Shown: positions 48,366 to 57,902, counted from the first letter of the stretch. The stretch: 64,000 nucleotides of DNA from Blastocladiella emersonii ATCC 22665 (GCA_025594325.1 JANHCV010000009.1:1426001-1490000), one strand, 5' to 3'. Program-made: numbers and translations. The notes: generated by a model from the sequence alone, not told the origin.

Positions 48366-49163
48366 ATGTACGACATTGTTGCCATTGACAACGGCTTTAC
48401 GCGCAACGACGACGGCGAGCCGCTGCCAATCCCCAAGCACCCATTCACCATGAACGTCATTGGCGCCAAGGGTCAGGGCAAGTTGACGCTGATCGCAAAC
48501 ATGGTCTGCTTCCCGCACTTTTACAAGGGCCAGTTTGACAACATCTGGGTCTTTAACCCAACGTTCCACGCCAACAACAAGTACAAGTACATTGCCAGTC
48601 AACAGATCCTGCGACCGCCCAAGAAGGAGCGCAACGTGCTGGACCCCCAGGAGCGCGACCCGGACCAGCTCAAGATCAAGCCAAGCTGCATTGTCACGGA
48701 CCCCGAGCAGTTCATCCCGACCCTGCTCAAGATGCGCCAGGACCTGACCAAGACATTCAAAGAGTCTGGCAAGAAGGCGCTCCAGGACCAGCTGCTGATC
48801 ATTGACGACGTGCTTGGGCTCAAGCTGCTGAGCCACAGAACGCTGACCAACTTTCTGTGCAACTCGTGGCACTTGAAGATCAGCTGCATCATTGGCGTCC
48901 AGCGGTGGTGTGCCCTGCCCAAGACTCTGCGCATCAATTGCAGCTACAGCGTCGTCTACCCAATCTATGACAAGACCGAGGTCCAGACGCTGCACAAGGA
49001 GATTGGGTCGCAGTTCGACCTCAAGGAGTTTGAGGCCATCATTGAACAGCTCTTTGACACGCGTACTGGCAACACGAAGCGACGCTTCCTGGGCGTCAAC
49101 AACCAGAACCCGCCCAAGTACCGGCTCGTAGACAGCTTCAGCGAGTGGATTGTGAAGCAGTAG
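48366..49163 (+). CDS. A32/FtsK-HerA-type viral genome packaging ATPase with probable inactivating substitutions
   Basis: Walker A GAKGQGKLT, Walker B LLIIDD, NSWHLKISCIIGVQ (the RH..iS....Q motif), LPKTLRINC. 265 aa, typical length for the family. Confidence 0.92.
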   Translation: MYDIVAIDNGFTRNDDGEPLPIPKHPFTMNVIGAKGQGKLTLIANMVCFPHFYKGQFDNIWVFNPTFHANNKYKYIASQQILRPPKKERNVLDPQERDPDQLKIKPSCIVTDPEQFIPTLLKMRQDLTKTFKESGKKALQDQLLIIDDVLGLKLLSHRTLTNFLCNSWHLKISCIIGVQRWCALPKTLRINCSYSVVYPIYDKTEVQTLHKEIGSQFDLKEFEAIIEQLFDTRTGNTKRRFLGVNNQNPPKYRLVDSFSEWIVKQ

Positions 49164-49203
49164 ACTCTTGACTTTTTTTTGTTGCCGAGTCCTAAACTAA
49201 ACC

Positions 49204-50424
49204 ATGTCCAGTACCAACGCCCAGTTCTCGCAGGTCCTGTCCAAGACTCTCCCTCCTGAGATGTCGTTCAACCTGCCCAAGGAGTCCGTCTATGCCGAGC
49301 GCCAGACCGTCCAGTTCACGGCTCAGGGCGGCCCCGAGTTTGCTCCTGGCAACAGCATCAGCGTCCTGCTCCCGCCGCGTGACGACATGATGGACACGCA
49401 CTGTACTTTCCTGCAGTTCTCGGCCAAGACCACAGACGCCAACGTCGCTTTCTGCGATGGTATCTTCAGTGTCATTGACCGTGTCCGCATCTACAGCGCG
49501 TCTGGTGCCCTACTCGAAGAGCTCCCGTACTACAACCTGCGTCAGCGCATCGAGGCCGACGTGACGGTCCCCCAGTACCTCAAGGACTCGTGTCTCGGCG
49601 TGGCACAGGGCTACTTTGCGTCCGGCGCGGACAAGTTCGCCGTCTCGTCCGGGCTGCACCGGTACATGCTGCCCATCAAGTTGGCCCTGCTGGCAAACCA
49701 GAAGCACCTCCCAATGAAGTACACGGGCGGCATCCGCGTCGAGTTCACCCTTGCACCTGGCAGTGACGCCTGCGTGGTCAAGAACAATGCCATCCCGGGC
49801 TACACAGTCAAGGACGTCTGCATCGTCTTGGACCTGATCAAGCTCAACGACCAGCAGATCGCGGTCATGGACGCGGCCTTCAAGAAGCAGGGCCTCAAGC
49901 TCTTTGGCACGACCTACAACCACCACTTCCTGAAGTACTCGGTGCCCAACTCCACGCTCAACATCTCGGACCGCTCGGCCTCACAGAAAGACATCCTGCT
50001 GTTGTTCCGCGACAATGCCGTGCTCAACGACAATGCCAAGGACTCGTTCCTTTGTGCCAAGACCATTACATTGTACCAGTTCAGCGTGGCTGGCCGACTC
50101 TTCCCTCAGCGACCCATCCGCTGTGACGACTACGCGTCCGAGGCGTTCGTTGAGCTGACCAATGCCTTCCATGGCCACATCATTGGCGCTGGCCTCACAG
50201 TTGACAAGTTCAACGCGCCGGCCGAGGGTACCTTTGTCGTTGGCCGTGACCTCAAGTCGAGTCGCACCGTGGTCAGCGGCGACAAGTCTTGCAAGAGCCA
50301 GGCCGTGGACATGCAGGTGATCCTGACTTCAAGCGTGGCCCCGAACCAGCGCGTGGACGCCTTCATTGGCATCGACGTGGTCTACGAGTTCCTGCCAACC
50401 GGCGAGATCAACATCTACAAGTAA
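49204..50424 (+). CDS. Double jelly-roll major capsid protein, PLV/Polinton type (406 aa)
   Basis: Beta-strand-rich sequence with FAPGNSISVLLP, IDRVRIYSASGALLEELPYYN, LPIKLALL..QKHLPMKYTGGIRVEFTLA and YQFSVAGRLFPQRPI patterns typical of PLV capsids. It lies directly after the A32 ATPase. Confidence 0.85.
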   Translation: MSSTNAQFSQVLSKTLPPEMSFNLPKESVYAERQTVQFTAQGGPEFAPGNSISVLLPPRDDMMDTHCTFLQFSAKTTDANVAFCDGIFSVIDRVRIYSASGALLEELPYYNLRQRIEADVTVPQYLKDSCLGVAQGYFASGADKFAVSSGLHRYMLPIKLALLANQKHLPMKYTGGIRVEFTLAPGSDACVVKNNAIPGYTVKDVCIVLDLIKLNDQQIAVMDAAFKKQGLKLFGTTYNHHFLKYSVPNSTLNISDRSASQKDILLLFRDNAVLNDNAKDSFLCAKTITLYQFSVAGRLFPQRPIRCDDYASEAFVELTNAFHGHIIGAGLTVDKFNAPAEGTFVVGRDLKSSRTVVSGDKSCKSQAVDMQVILTSSVAPNQRVDAFIGIDVVYEFLPTGEINIYK

Positions 50425-50466
50425 CGGCCCTGTCCTTTCTTTTCTTGCGTAGAGTTAAACCCCGCC

Positions 50467-50733
50467 ATGATCTTCCGTAACCTCTGGACCAACTTTAGCA
50501 ATGTGCTTGGCCAGGTCGGGTCCTTTGTCAACAAACACATGCCAACCGTCCTCAAAGGCGTCAAGACTGTGTCCAAGTTCTTTGAGCGGTCGCACAACCC
50601 CGCCGTGAGCTCCATTGCGCAGATGGTGACCAAGGGCGCCAACCTTGCCCAAGACATTCACACCTGGTACAACCGACCAACGAGCGAGATCTTTGAGGCA
50701 GACGCTGACGACACGGGGACAGCTGTACAATAA
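50467..50733 (+). CDS. Small viral protein (88 aa) with an N-terminal amphipathic helix and acidic tail
   Basis: ATG ORF between the major capsid and penton genes, preceded by the shared viral motif. Sequence begins FRNLWTNFSNVLGQVGSFVNKH. Confidence 0.7.
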   Translation: MIFRNLWTNFSNVLGQVGSFVNKHMPTVLKGVKTVSKFFERSHNPAVSSIAQMVTKGANLAQDIHTWYNRPTSEIFEADADDTGTAVQ

Positions 50734-50751
50734 ATTGTTGTCTTTGTTTAA

Positions 50752-51495
50752 ATGTCCGAGTACAAGACGCTGACCATCTGCAGCCGCGACCTCAAGAACG
50801 GCATCCTGTACCTACCACGACCCCTGTCCGTGCGCAGCGTCAAGGTCAACTCGGCGTACCTCTGCAACAGCTGGCACACAGTCAACTCCAAGGCCAACAA
50901 AGTGTACCTGACCCAGAGCCGTGGCGCGCTGACGTTCCCGGGCACCATCACCGTCCCTGATGGCAACTACACGGTCGAGACGTTCACGGCCACGCTCAAG
51001 AGCCTGCTCAACAACGCGCCCTCAGCGTACCTCTGGCAGGGCACATGGGACGTCCAGGTTGACTCGACTACCCAGAAGATGCGCCTGGCCAACAACACGG
51101 TCGACTTTACAATTGGAACAGGGACGGCGTCGCTGAACGTCCACATGGGCTTTGTTGGAGCGTATGGCTACAGCAAGGTCCAGTACGCGTCGGCGCTGGT
51201 CAACATCTCGCCCATCAACCTGCTTCACGTCTACTCGCGCAACCTTGGCACCCGGCTTGCGGACAACATGTACAGCGCGTATCCACAAGACAACGGCGTA
51301 CTTTGTAGCATCCACGTCACGCAACCCTTTGGCAGCTGGTTCGAGCATTGACCACACATGGGCGACTACTTTCGCTTTGACGCGCAGGGACAGGCCCAGC
51401 AGATTGACTGTATTGACATTGACGTGGTAGACAAGAGCCTGCGCTCAGTCGACTTCCTCGGCCAACCCTTCTACGTCGAGCTCGCGTTCATCTGA
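50752..51495 (+). pseudogene. Minor capsid protein (penton, single jelly roll, 247 codons) with a premature TGA at 51349-51351
   Basis: NSWHTVNSKANKVY, ITVPDGNYTVETF and LVNISPINLLHVYS. Read-through gives ...IDCIDIDVVDKSLRSVDFLGQPFYVELAFI*, a typical penton C-terminus. Confidence 0.82.
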
Positions 51496-51526
51496 CGCTG
51501 ACTTTAATTGTTGTCGTACTGTAAAC

Positions 51527-51628
51527 ATGATCCTCGAGACGCTCCTTGTCGCGACCAACGCCCTGATCCTTGTAGCCAACCTGGCCATTGTCGGGTACAC
51601 AAGCAAAGTATTCCACGCCGTAGAGTAA
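51527..51628 (+). CDS. 33-aa hydrophobic viral micro-protein (single predicted transmembrane helix)
   Basis: MILETLLVATNALILVANLAIVGYTSKVFHAVE*, preceded by an exact TTGTTG-N8-TAAAC motif like the other viral genes. Confidence 0.55.
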   Translation: MILETLLVATNALILVANLAIVGYTSKVFHAVE

Positions 51629-51888
51629 GCAACAACATGTGCTTTAAATTCTTTCTGCAAAGGCATAGTAAGACACAGGACAATGAATACTGGCTCTACT
51701 GCATCAACGCCCCGCGCAGCTTCCACGAGCATCCCTTGGACTGGCCGTCCGGGCCCCCAGTCAACAGCCAACTACACGGCCATCCGCAACGTGGCCCTGC
51801 CAGGTGCCAAGGTTGTGTACACTGTCTGCTTTGAATAGATCCTTCAAGTTAACTTGGTTAGCTACCTTGAAGCCTTTACTGGTCGCTC

Positions 51889-52041
51889 TCAGACTACCCG
51901 CCAGTATGTGTACTTGTGCCCACAGCACGGGTACACAACTTGGACCCACAGCAGCTCATTGTCATGGACCCAGCTGGGAGCATCATAGTGATCGCATGGC
52001 GGCTTGGGCAGGGGGACGATCTCTTTGATACAGCCTCGCAT
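51889..52041 (-). CDS. Possible 50-aa Cys-containing viral ORF, perhaps the remnant of a longer gene broken by stops
   Basis: MRGCIKEIVPLPKPPCDHYDAPSWVHDNELLWVQVVYPCCGHKYTYWRVV*, preceded on the minus strand by TTGTTG-N8-TAAC. Confidence 0.35.
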   Translation of the reverse strand: MRGCIKEIVPLPKPPCDHYDAPSWVHDNELLWVQVVYPCCGHKYTYWRVV

Positions 52042-52277
52042 AGTTACAGTGGTCCAACAAAGTTAAAATTGACAAACGCGTTCAACGCACTTGGCATGAC
52101 GTAGCAACGGGACACACTACGGCAATGACATAAAGTAGAAATAAGGGGTGCTCCGCCCTGTCCAGGAAGCGTTGGCCAAGCGCCTCCCAGACTGCTCCAT
52201 GCTGGAGGTCTCCTTTCATGGTGGCCAGCCACTAATCAGAGTTCCAACACGGAGCAGGCATCATTGCTAATACTCAT

Positions 52278-52380
52278 TGAACCACACAGCGCCAACACAC
52301 CCAAAAGACTCATCGAACCACACAGCGCCAACACACCCAAAAGACTCATCGAACCACACAGCGCCAACACACCCAAAAAG
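52278..52380. repeat. 36-bp tandem repeat, nearly 3 copies
   Basis: gaaccacacagcgccaacacacccaaaagactcatc repeated. Confidence 0.9.
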
Positions 52381-52739
52381 AGAGGGAGATAGGAATGGAT
52401 CAAAGAGCACTGCATGGGTAGCTAATCCAAGCAGCGCCCACGATCCAGACCAAGACAGGGGATAACCAAGTCATTGCCGTGCACATACAGATGACTCAGC
52501 AGATCCCAAGCCAAAGGAATAGGGAAGTGGCCACCCGCAATGTTGGCCATGCACCCATACCAGAAGCCTACTGTGAGCGTTGGGCGCATTGCAAAGATGG
52601 CCTATACAATCAGAGTAGGGCTTGAGGCAGTGAATCTGTGACATGGCTTTCATGGTGAGTGGCAAAGAGCAGTTCTCAGGGCGGGGGGAGTGGGGGGTTC
52701 TTATAGGGCCAGGGTTAGCGCTAAATCCTCAGCCACAGG

Positions 52740-53535
52740 GCCCTGATCTGGCACCCCCAACCCTGACCCCCGACCTGGCGCCCCACCTGACCCCCACCTG
52801 ACCCCCCACCTGACCCCCCACCTGACCCCCCACCTGACCCCCCACCTGACCCCTGACCTGACCCCCGCCTGACCCCCCGACCTGACCCCCAACCCTCCTT
52901 GACCCGGCACCCCCAACCTGGCACGCCCCTTCCTGCTAAGACACTGCCTGCTAAGACGCTCCCCTGCCCTGACCCCCCGTACCCTGACCTCTTGTCTTTG
53001 AAAGTCCCAATTTCCCCTATAGAATGCTGGTACTCTATATAGACACTGACTGTTTCATAGGGGAAATTGGGACCTTTACGGTGAGTGGCTTCATAGCAGC
53101 CGCTTGCGGCAGGTGGTCAGGGACGGGCTCGGGGACTGGCTCGGGGACTGCTCACAGATCGACTTGCAGCTGTGCTCAGGGACCAGACCAGGGAACTCTG
53201 TCAGTGGGTAGCCGCAGCTGCGCTGCTCTTTGTCTCGCTGCGCTCGCCGGCCGCCGCCGACCGCTTGGGGTAAGCAATGGTCAGCCCGAGTGGTTGGTCA
53301 GGGACGGGCTCAGGGGTCAGGTCAGGGACTCACTCCTGGACCACTCGCCCCTCCCTTCCACCCACCCTCCCGCCCACCTGCTTTGGCCTTCGGCCTCCGT
53401 CCGCGTGTCATTGCCCTAAGGGCGATGACAGTCTCAGTGATGTCACCCGGGGTAAGCAACTGGGTCTCACGTGGTTACCCCGAGTGACTGCTGCCAACCG
53501 CTCGGGGTAAGCAATTGGTCAGCCCAAGTGGCAGT
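52740..53535. repeat. Strand-skewed CCTGACC/GGTCAGG repeats flanking a 17-bp perfect inverted repeat, plus GGGGTAAGCAA repeats
   Basis: About 10 ccccacctgacc-type units (52785-52890). Arms gtcccaatttcccctat (53004-53020) and ataggggaaattgggac (53057-53073). ggtcaggg units to the right, and three ggggtaagcaa copies. Confidence 0.85.
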
Positions 53536-53584
53536 GGGTCAGCCCATGTCATATCCCTTAAGGGATACAACACATTCTCGCCCA

Positions 53585-55055
53585 ATGGCGGAACGCTTGC
53601 CCATTCTCGACTGGCTATTGCAAACGCGCAAACCTGGCCCGCTTTGGACGGCCAGCGGCTTCCATATCATCAACTTCTTGCTTGGCCCAATCCCTCACGA
53701 CTATTTGCGCCACGCGGCGCAACGCTACCCAACTGCCTTACCGAGGGAATCGAGCAGCGCGATTTGGAAGCAGTCCGACTCCAAGTCGTTGAGTGGAAGT
53801 ACAACGACGTCGACACAAACCTTGTTGTGTTGCTCAACGGTCTGGGCCTCATCAACCACGCATCGTGGTCGCACATTCTCTCGCTGGGGCTCGCAAAGGA
53901 CGAAGGCACTGGCACCAGCGATTTGTCTACGTTCGTGTGCGTGCACTTTGGACCGCGCCTCAAGGAAGTTATTGTTGAAGGTACGCTGAAGTCTGACCAT
54001 GGATATGTTGACTGCTCACACTCTCCTTGACGCTAGCTTTCAGCACCAGTGTTCTTGCTGCCTACAAGGACGGTCGGAGCACGGCCCGCGTTCTGCTCCA
54101 CGGATACCGCCAGCTCGGGCGTGAGCAGTTTGAGGCAGCGCTCCCAAATTTTGGAATCGCACTCTGGAACGCTCTCGGGTTTATGCAGCAAGAAGCGACC
54201 GACGCATTTGTACGCTCGCGACTCACCATACGAACTCTGGACCGTCTGTTTGGGTGTGACGTACATTGGCGCCTCAATCCCTGGCTCCTCTTCCGCCTTG
54301 CAAACGAGTTTCTTGCAGTTGTCCAGGCACCGCACATAAACGACCCTTCCAGTATGGCATGGCTTCCCGTCGTTGTCCTCAGCGACCCCGCCACGCGCGA
54401 TTCCGCGCTCGCGCAGCTCCGCGCCAAGGGCACGGCAACTGCTTCCATCTTTCTGACTATTCTACTCAACGGCCTGGTCGGGACAACGGCCAGCTCACTT
54501 TTCTCCCCGATCCTGCGCAAGGAGACGCGGCGCTGCACCCTCGAGGTCCATGCGTCCTGGACTGCTGCTATGGACGATCTTCACCAGCTGATTCGCAAGG
54601 GCGCAGCCTCGTCTACGACCGCTTCCAATTGGCTCCCTCCCGAGCTCGCGAAATCAGTCCGCTTGATTGCGCAGGACGAGTCAGCCGGCGGGCTCCGCGG
54701 CCGCTTTGACCGCGAGCTCGCCGAGCACCCAGACGGAAAGTGCCCTCGGTGCCACGCCGCAGTCATTCCGCGACTGGAGCAGGCGTTTCGGTTCCTGCTT
54801 CGCGCCGAACCCGTTGCAATGCTCGCGGGCTTCAAGCCCGACAGGGCACTCGCGCTCGAGTTTTGGGAGCTCGTGCCAGACGGTGCACTCGATGGCGTCA
54901 AGGACGCAAAATGGCTCATGAAGATGGCGCGCAGCACCAAGCGCCAGCTCAGCGTGGACACGGCGCGCGCCGTCTTTTGCGAGCTCCGCCGTGTCGCGCC
55001 CGCGACGTCGGTCGGCGCACTCGAGTCGCTGCTCGCGTCGCTTGAGCTGAAGTGA
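53585..55055 (+). pseudogene. Family B member, 5'-truncated, frameshift near 53735, intron ~53981-54037
   Basis: LPILDWLL...GLINHASWSHILSLGL aligns with IIDTLQWLL...DAWKRILCIAL of the 13383 paralog. The C-terminus has FWELVPDGALDGVKDAKWL. Confidence 0.7.
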
Positions 55056-56909
55056 GCGAAGCGAGCGCTGATTTTCGATCGTTTCGATTGCGAGTATATC
55101 ATATGCTCTTGACCGGTTTTGTCAGAACCCGACAATGAACAAACGTCCATACTGGCTGGCTTTCCCATACGGCAGATAGAACACGGAGGCGAGCGATAAG
55201 TGTGGTTCAGCGACGCGTTTCATGGGCCAGAGTGCAAGCGGCACGCGCGATTGTGGCGCAACACGGAGCTGCGAGACACACGTGATATCGCGACACGTCT
55301 CCTGCGTCTCCCGCCACGCGTGCTGTGCGCGAGATGAGGGATAGAACCGATGTGCAAGTTTGTATTCAATGCACAAGACCGATCCGCTGCCCGCCTTCAT
55401 CGCAAGTCACTTTTTGCGGACAAAAGGACGACCGCGGCACCCGCCGCACGACTGCCGCAGCGAAGTGACAACGCACCGGACCCCGAAATCTTGAACGGCC
55501 CATGACCTGGCGCACGCGTCTCGATGGCGCCGCCACCCTCATTGGCAACGCCCTCGACTGCCGCCAGCTGGAGGTCGCGGCGTCCCGCGCTCGCGCCCGG
55601 GTTATCAGGGCTGGTGCGCGTAGCGGACGCGAGCAACGAAGACGCATTGGGACCACGCCGAAGCGACGAGTCGAGAGCAAGAAGCGGGAGGCCAGACCAA
55701 CGCGTACGCAAGATCACGGACCGTCCTTGGAAATGGGTTCCAGTTGTGTCTAGTGAGGACGGGTGCGCGAGTCAGACATAATCGACGAGGAGAGCGTCGC
55801 GGATACCGGACGTACCGCGCGGCTGAACCGCAGAACTTGGTGCGACTGCTGAAGCGACATTTCAGCGGCTCACCGGTAAACGGAGAGATGGTTGACAATC
55901 GATCGCCACAATCCCGAAACAGAAGCATTTAGTCCCGACACAGATTTCTAGAATCAAGCACGGGTGTTCAGACTCTGATTTTGTCTATGGTGGCCCGTTG
56001 AGCTACGCACACGAGAAAAGGTGCGCAAAACGAGCGACTCGTCACGCGCGCGAAGCGAGCGCGGCCATGGACTTGGCGATGCTGCCTGCGAAGGTTAGTT
56101 GCTGCTGAAAGTGTAGGACTCGAAAAAGAACATGTAGTACCTACGCAAGCGTCATTTCGCTGGTTGACACGGAAGCGCCTGTGCAGTCGGCACGGCTTCT
56201 ACGTGTGGCATCGAGAGCGTGAGCGCCTTTCGCTAAAGACGGGTCTAATCCAGTCGCAGGGCGGTAACGGTACCAATATCAGAGCGAGAATCGCGGCGCG
56301 CACAGGAAGTAATGGCTCTTGCCCTCGTGATCCAGGACCGTAAGGAATCCGGCTCGGTGATGTGACTGGGGCGATGGTCACGGCGGTAGCGCAGAGTTTG
56401 TTAGCAATCATACATGAGAAGCCACGTTGTTTGAAGCGGAGGCGATGGCGGAGAGGGGAGAGGGGAGAGACGGAGGCCGCGGGCGCCAGGCCGACCAGCG
56501 GGGGCGAGGGCGAGCATCGAGGCCGCCAGGCAACGGTATGGACAAGTCCTTCCCGAGGGATAGGGCACAAGTCGGTTCGCGTGAAGTAGCGGGGTTGAAT
56601 TGGTCAAGATAAATAGATACATGCGAGTGAACAGGAACCATGAACCGCCACAAAAGTCCTTGCCGCGGCAGTCACTTGGCAGGTATAACCACCTCGATTC
56701 AACAGCCTCGTGCTATATCAAGCAAGTCCATCTAGTTGCATAGAGTCAAAGCCGCGAACCGCGAAGCTTTATGGGCGACGGATAGAGAGCACGCAAGGGA
56801 AGCGTGGCGATCGCTCGAAACGTGATGCCTCGACGCGACGCGTTTCACTTCCTCTCACCAACGCGAACCCGTCCCCTCTCTCCTCTAGCCTCACCCCATG
56901 CATGCAACC

Positions 56910-57606
56910 ATGAACGACACCGACGCGTACCACGCGCAATCCGAGACCTTCGAGTCGCTGTCCGCGCTGTTCGCCGCGTCGGCGCAGGTTGACGACGCGC
57001 GGCCCGCGCCCGCTCCCCCAAAGCCCGCCCCGGCCAAACGCCGTGTGCCGGGCAAGTACGACTACACGGACAAGTCGATTTGGACCGCCGCCGAGCTCGA
57101 CACCGCGACCGAGCTCGCGCGCGGCGCGCTGGCGGCGGCCGCCGAGCACGATCCGCGCGAGCGGCCCGAGTACGCGCGCCCCTCACCCCGCGGTTTCCCA
57201 CGCGCGCCACTGATGAACGTTCGCGCGGTAGGGTGACGACGCGGTACGCGCAGTCGGTGCGGAGCGAGGACATCTTCCTGAGCCTGTCGGGCCGGCTGCC
57301 GGCGAGCTCGCACGCGGACACGCTGGTGGTCGAGGTGGCGATGCCGAGGACGCAGGAGATGGCCGAGATCGCGGTGGATGTGACGCGCACCGCCGTGGAT
57401 GTGCGGAGCTCGCACTAGTACGTGGACCTCACACTGAGTCGGCCGGTGACGGGGACTGACACGCCCACGCGCATCCGTGTGTGTGTAGCCGACTCGCGAT
57501 GCCGCTGCCGAACGAAGTGGTCGAGACGAAAGGCCAGGCGCGGTGGGACGCGGAGCGGCGGGTGCTCGAGCTACGGCTACCCATCATCAAGCTGTTCGAC
57601 GTGTGA
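56910..57606 (+). CDS. DNAAF6: Dynein axonemal assembly factor 6 (PIH1D3/Twister-like); introns 57170-57231 and 57418-57488
   Basis: Spliced product ...DPRERPEVTTRYAQSVRSEDIFLSLSGRLPASSHADTLVVEVAMP...VDVRSSHYRLAMPLPNEVVETKGQARWDAERRVLELRLPI matches the PIH1D3 CS-domain pattern. Canonical GT-AG introns. Confidence 0.8.
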
Positions 57607-57902
57607 CGAGGGAGGCGAGACTGGGAATAGAGGATGGGTTCAAACAAATGTAGTGCGGTGGATGGGTGCCGAGGGCGGCGGCGGTGGCGGGTGGAATCGA
57701 GGTGAGGTGGGGTGGGGGAGCGAGAGTCGGGCAACAGCGGGTGGGGTAGGGAGCGGTTTTTACAGAGCGGGCGGGCGGACGAGCTGCGCGTGCGAGCAAG
57801 CAGCGACATGGGAGGAGGGGGGAAGGGCAAAACTGGGACGAGGAGGAGCGAGGAACACACACGAGTCGAGGGCGGAGGGCGAGGGAACGGTTCCGGGCGG
57901 GC

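Larger units (their letters stand above)
48348..51526 (+). promoter_or_regulatory. Five copies of the bipartite TT(G/C)TTG-N8-TAAA motif, one upstream of each plus-strand viral gene with an intact 5' end
   Basis: ttgttg gcagtctt taaATG; ttgttg ccgagtcc taaac; ttcttg cgtagagt taaac; ttgttg tctttgtt taaATG; ttgttg tcgtactg taaacATG. Confidence 0.8.
46750..53550 (+). mobile_element. Endogenous Polinton-like virus (Preplasmiviricota-type) capsid/morphogenesis module, truncated on the left
   Basis: Intronless, tightly packed, co-oriented ORFs for a packaging ATPase, major capsid protein and penton. Short T-rich spacers with a shared motif, a composition distinct from the host, and a repeat/palindrome-rich right end. 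Confidence 0.9.

Noticed and set aside
46750-53587. CCCAATG at both viral junctions as a target-site duplication
   Set aside because: The two flanks are different paralogs in opposite orientation and do not rejoin into one gene. This is at best microhomology or chance.
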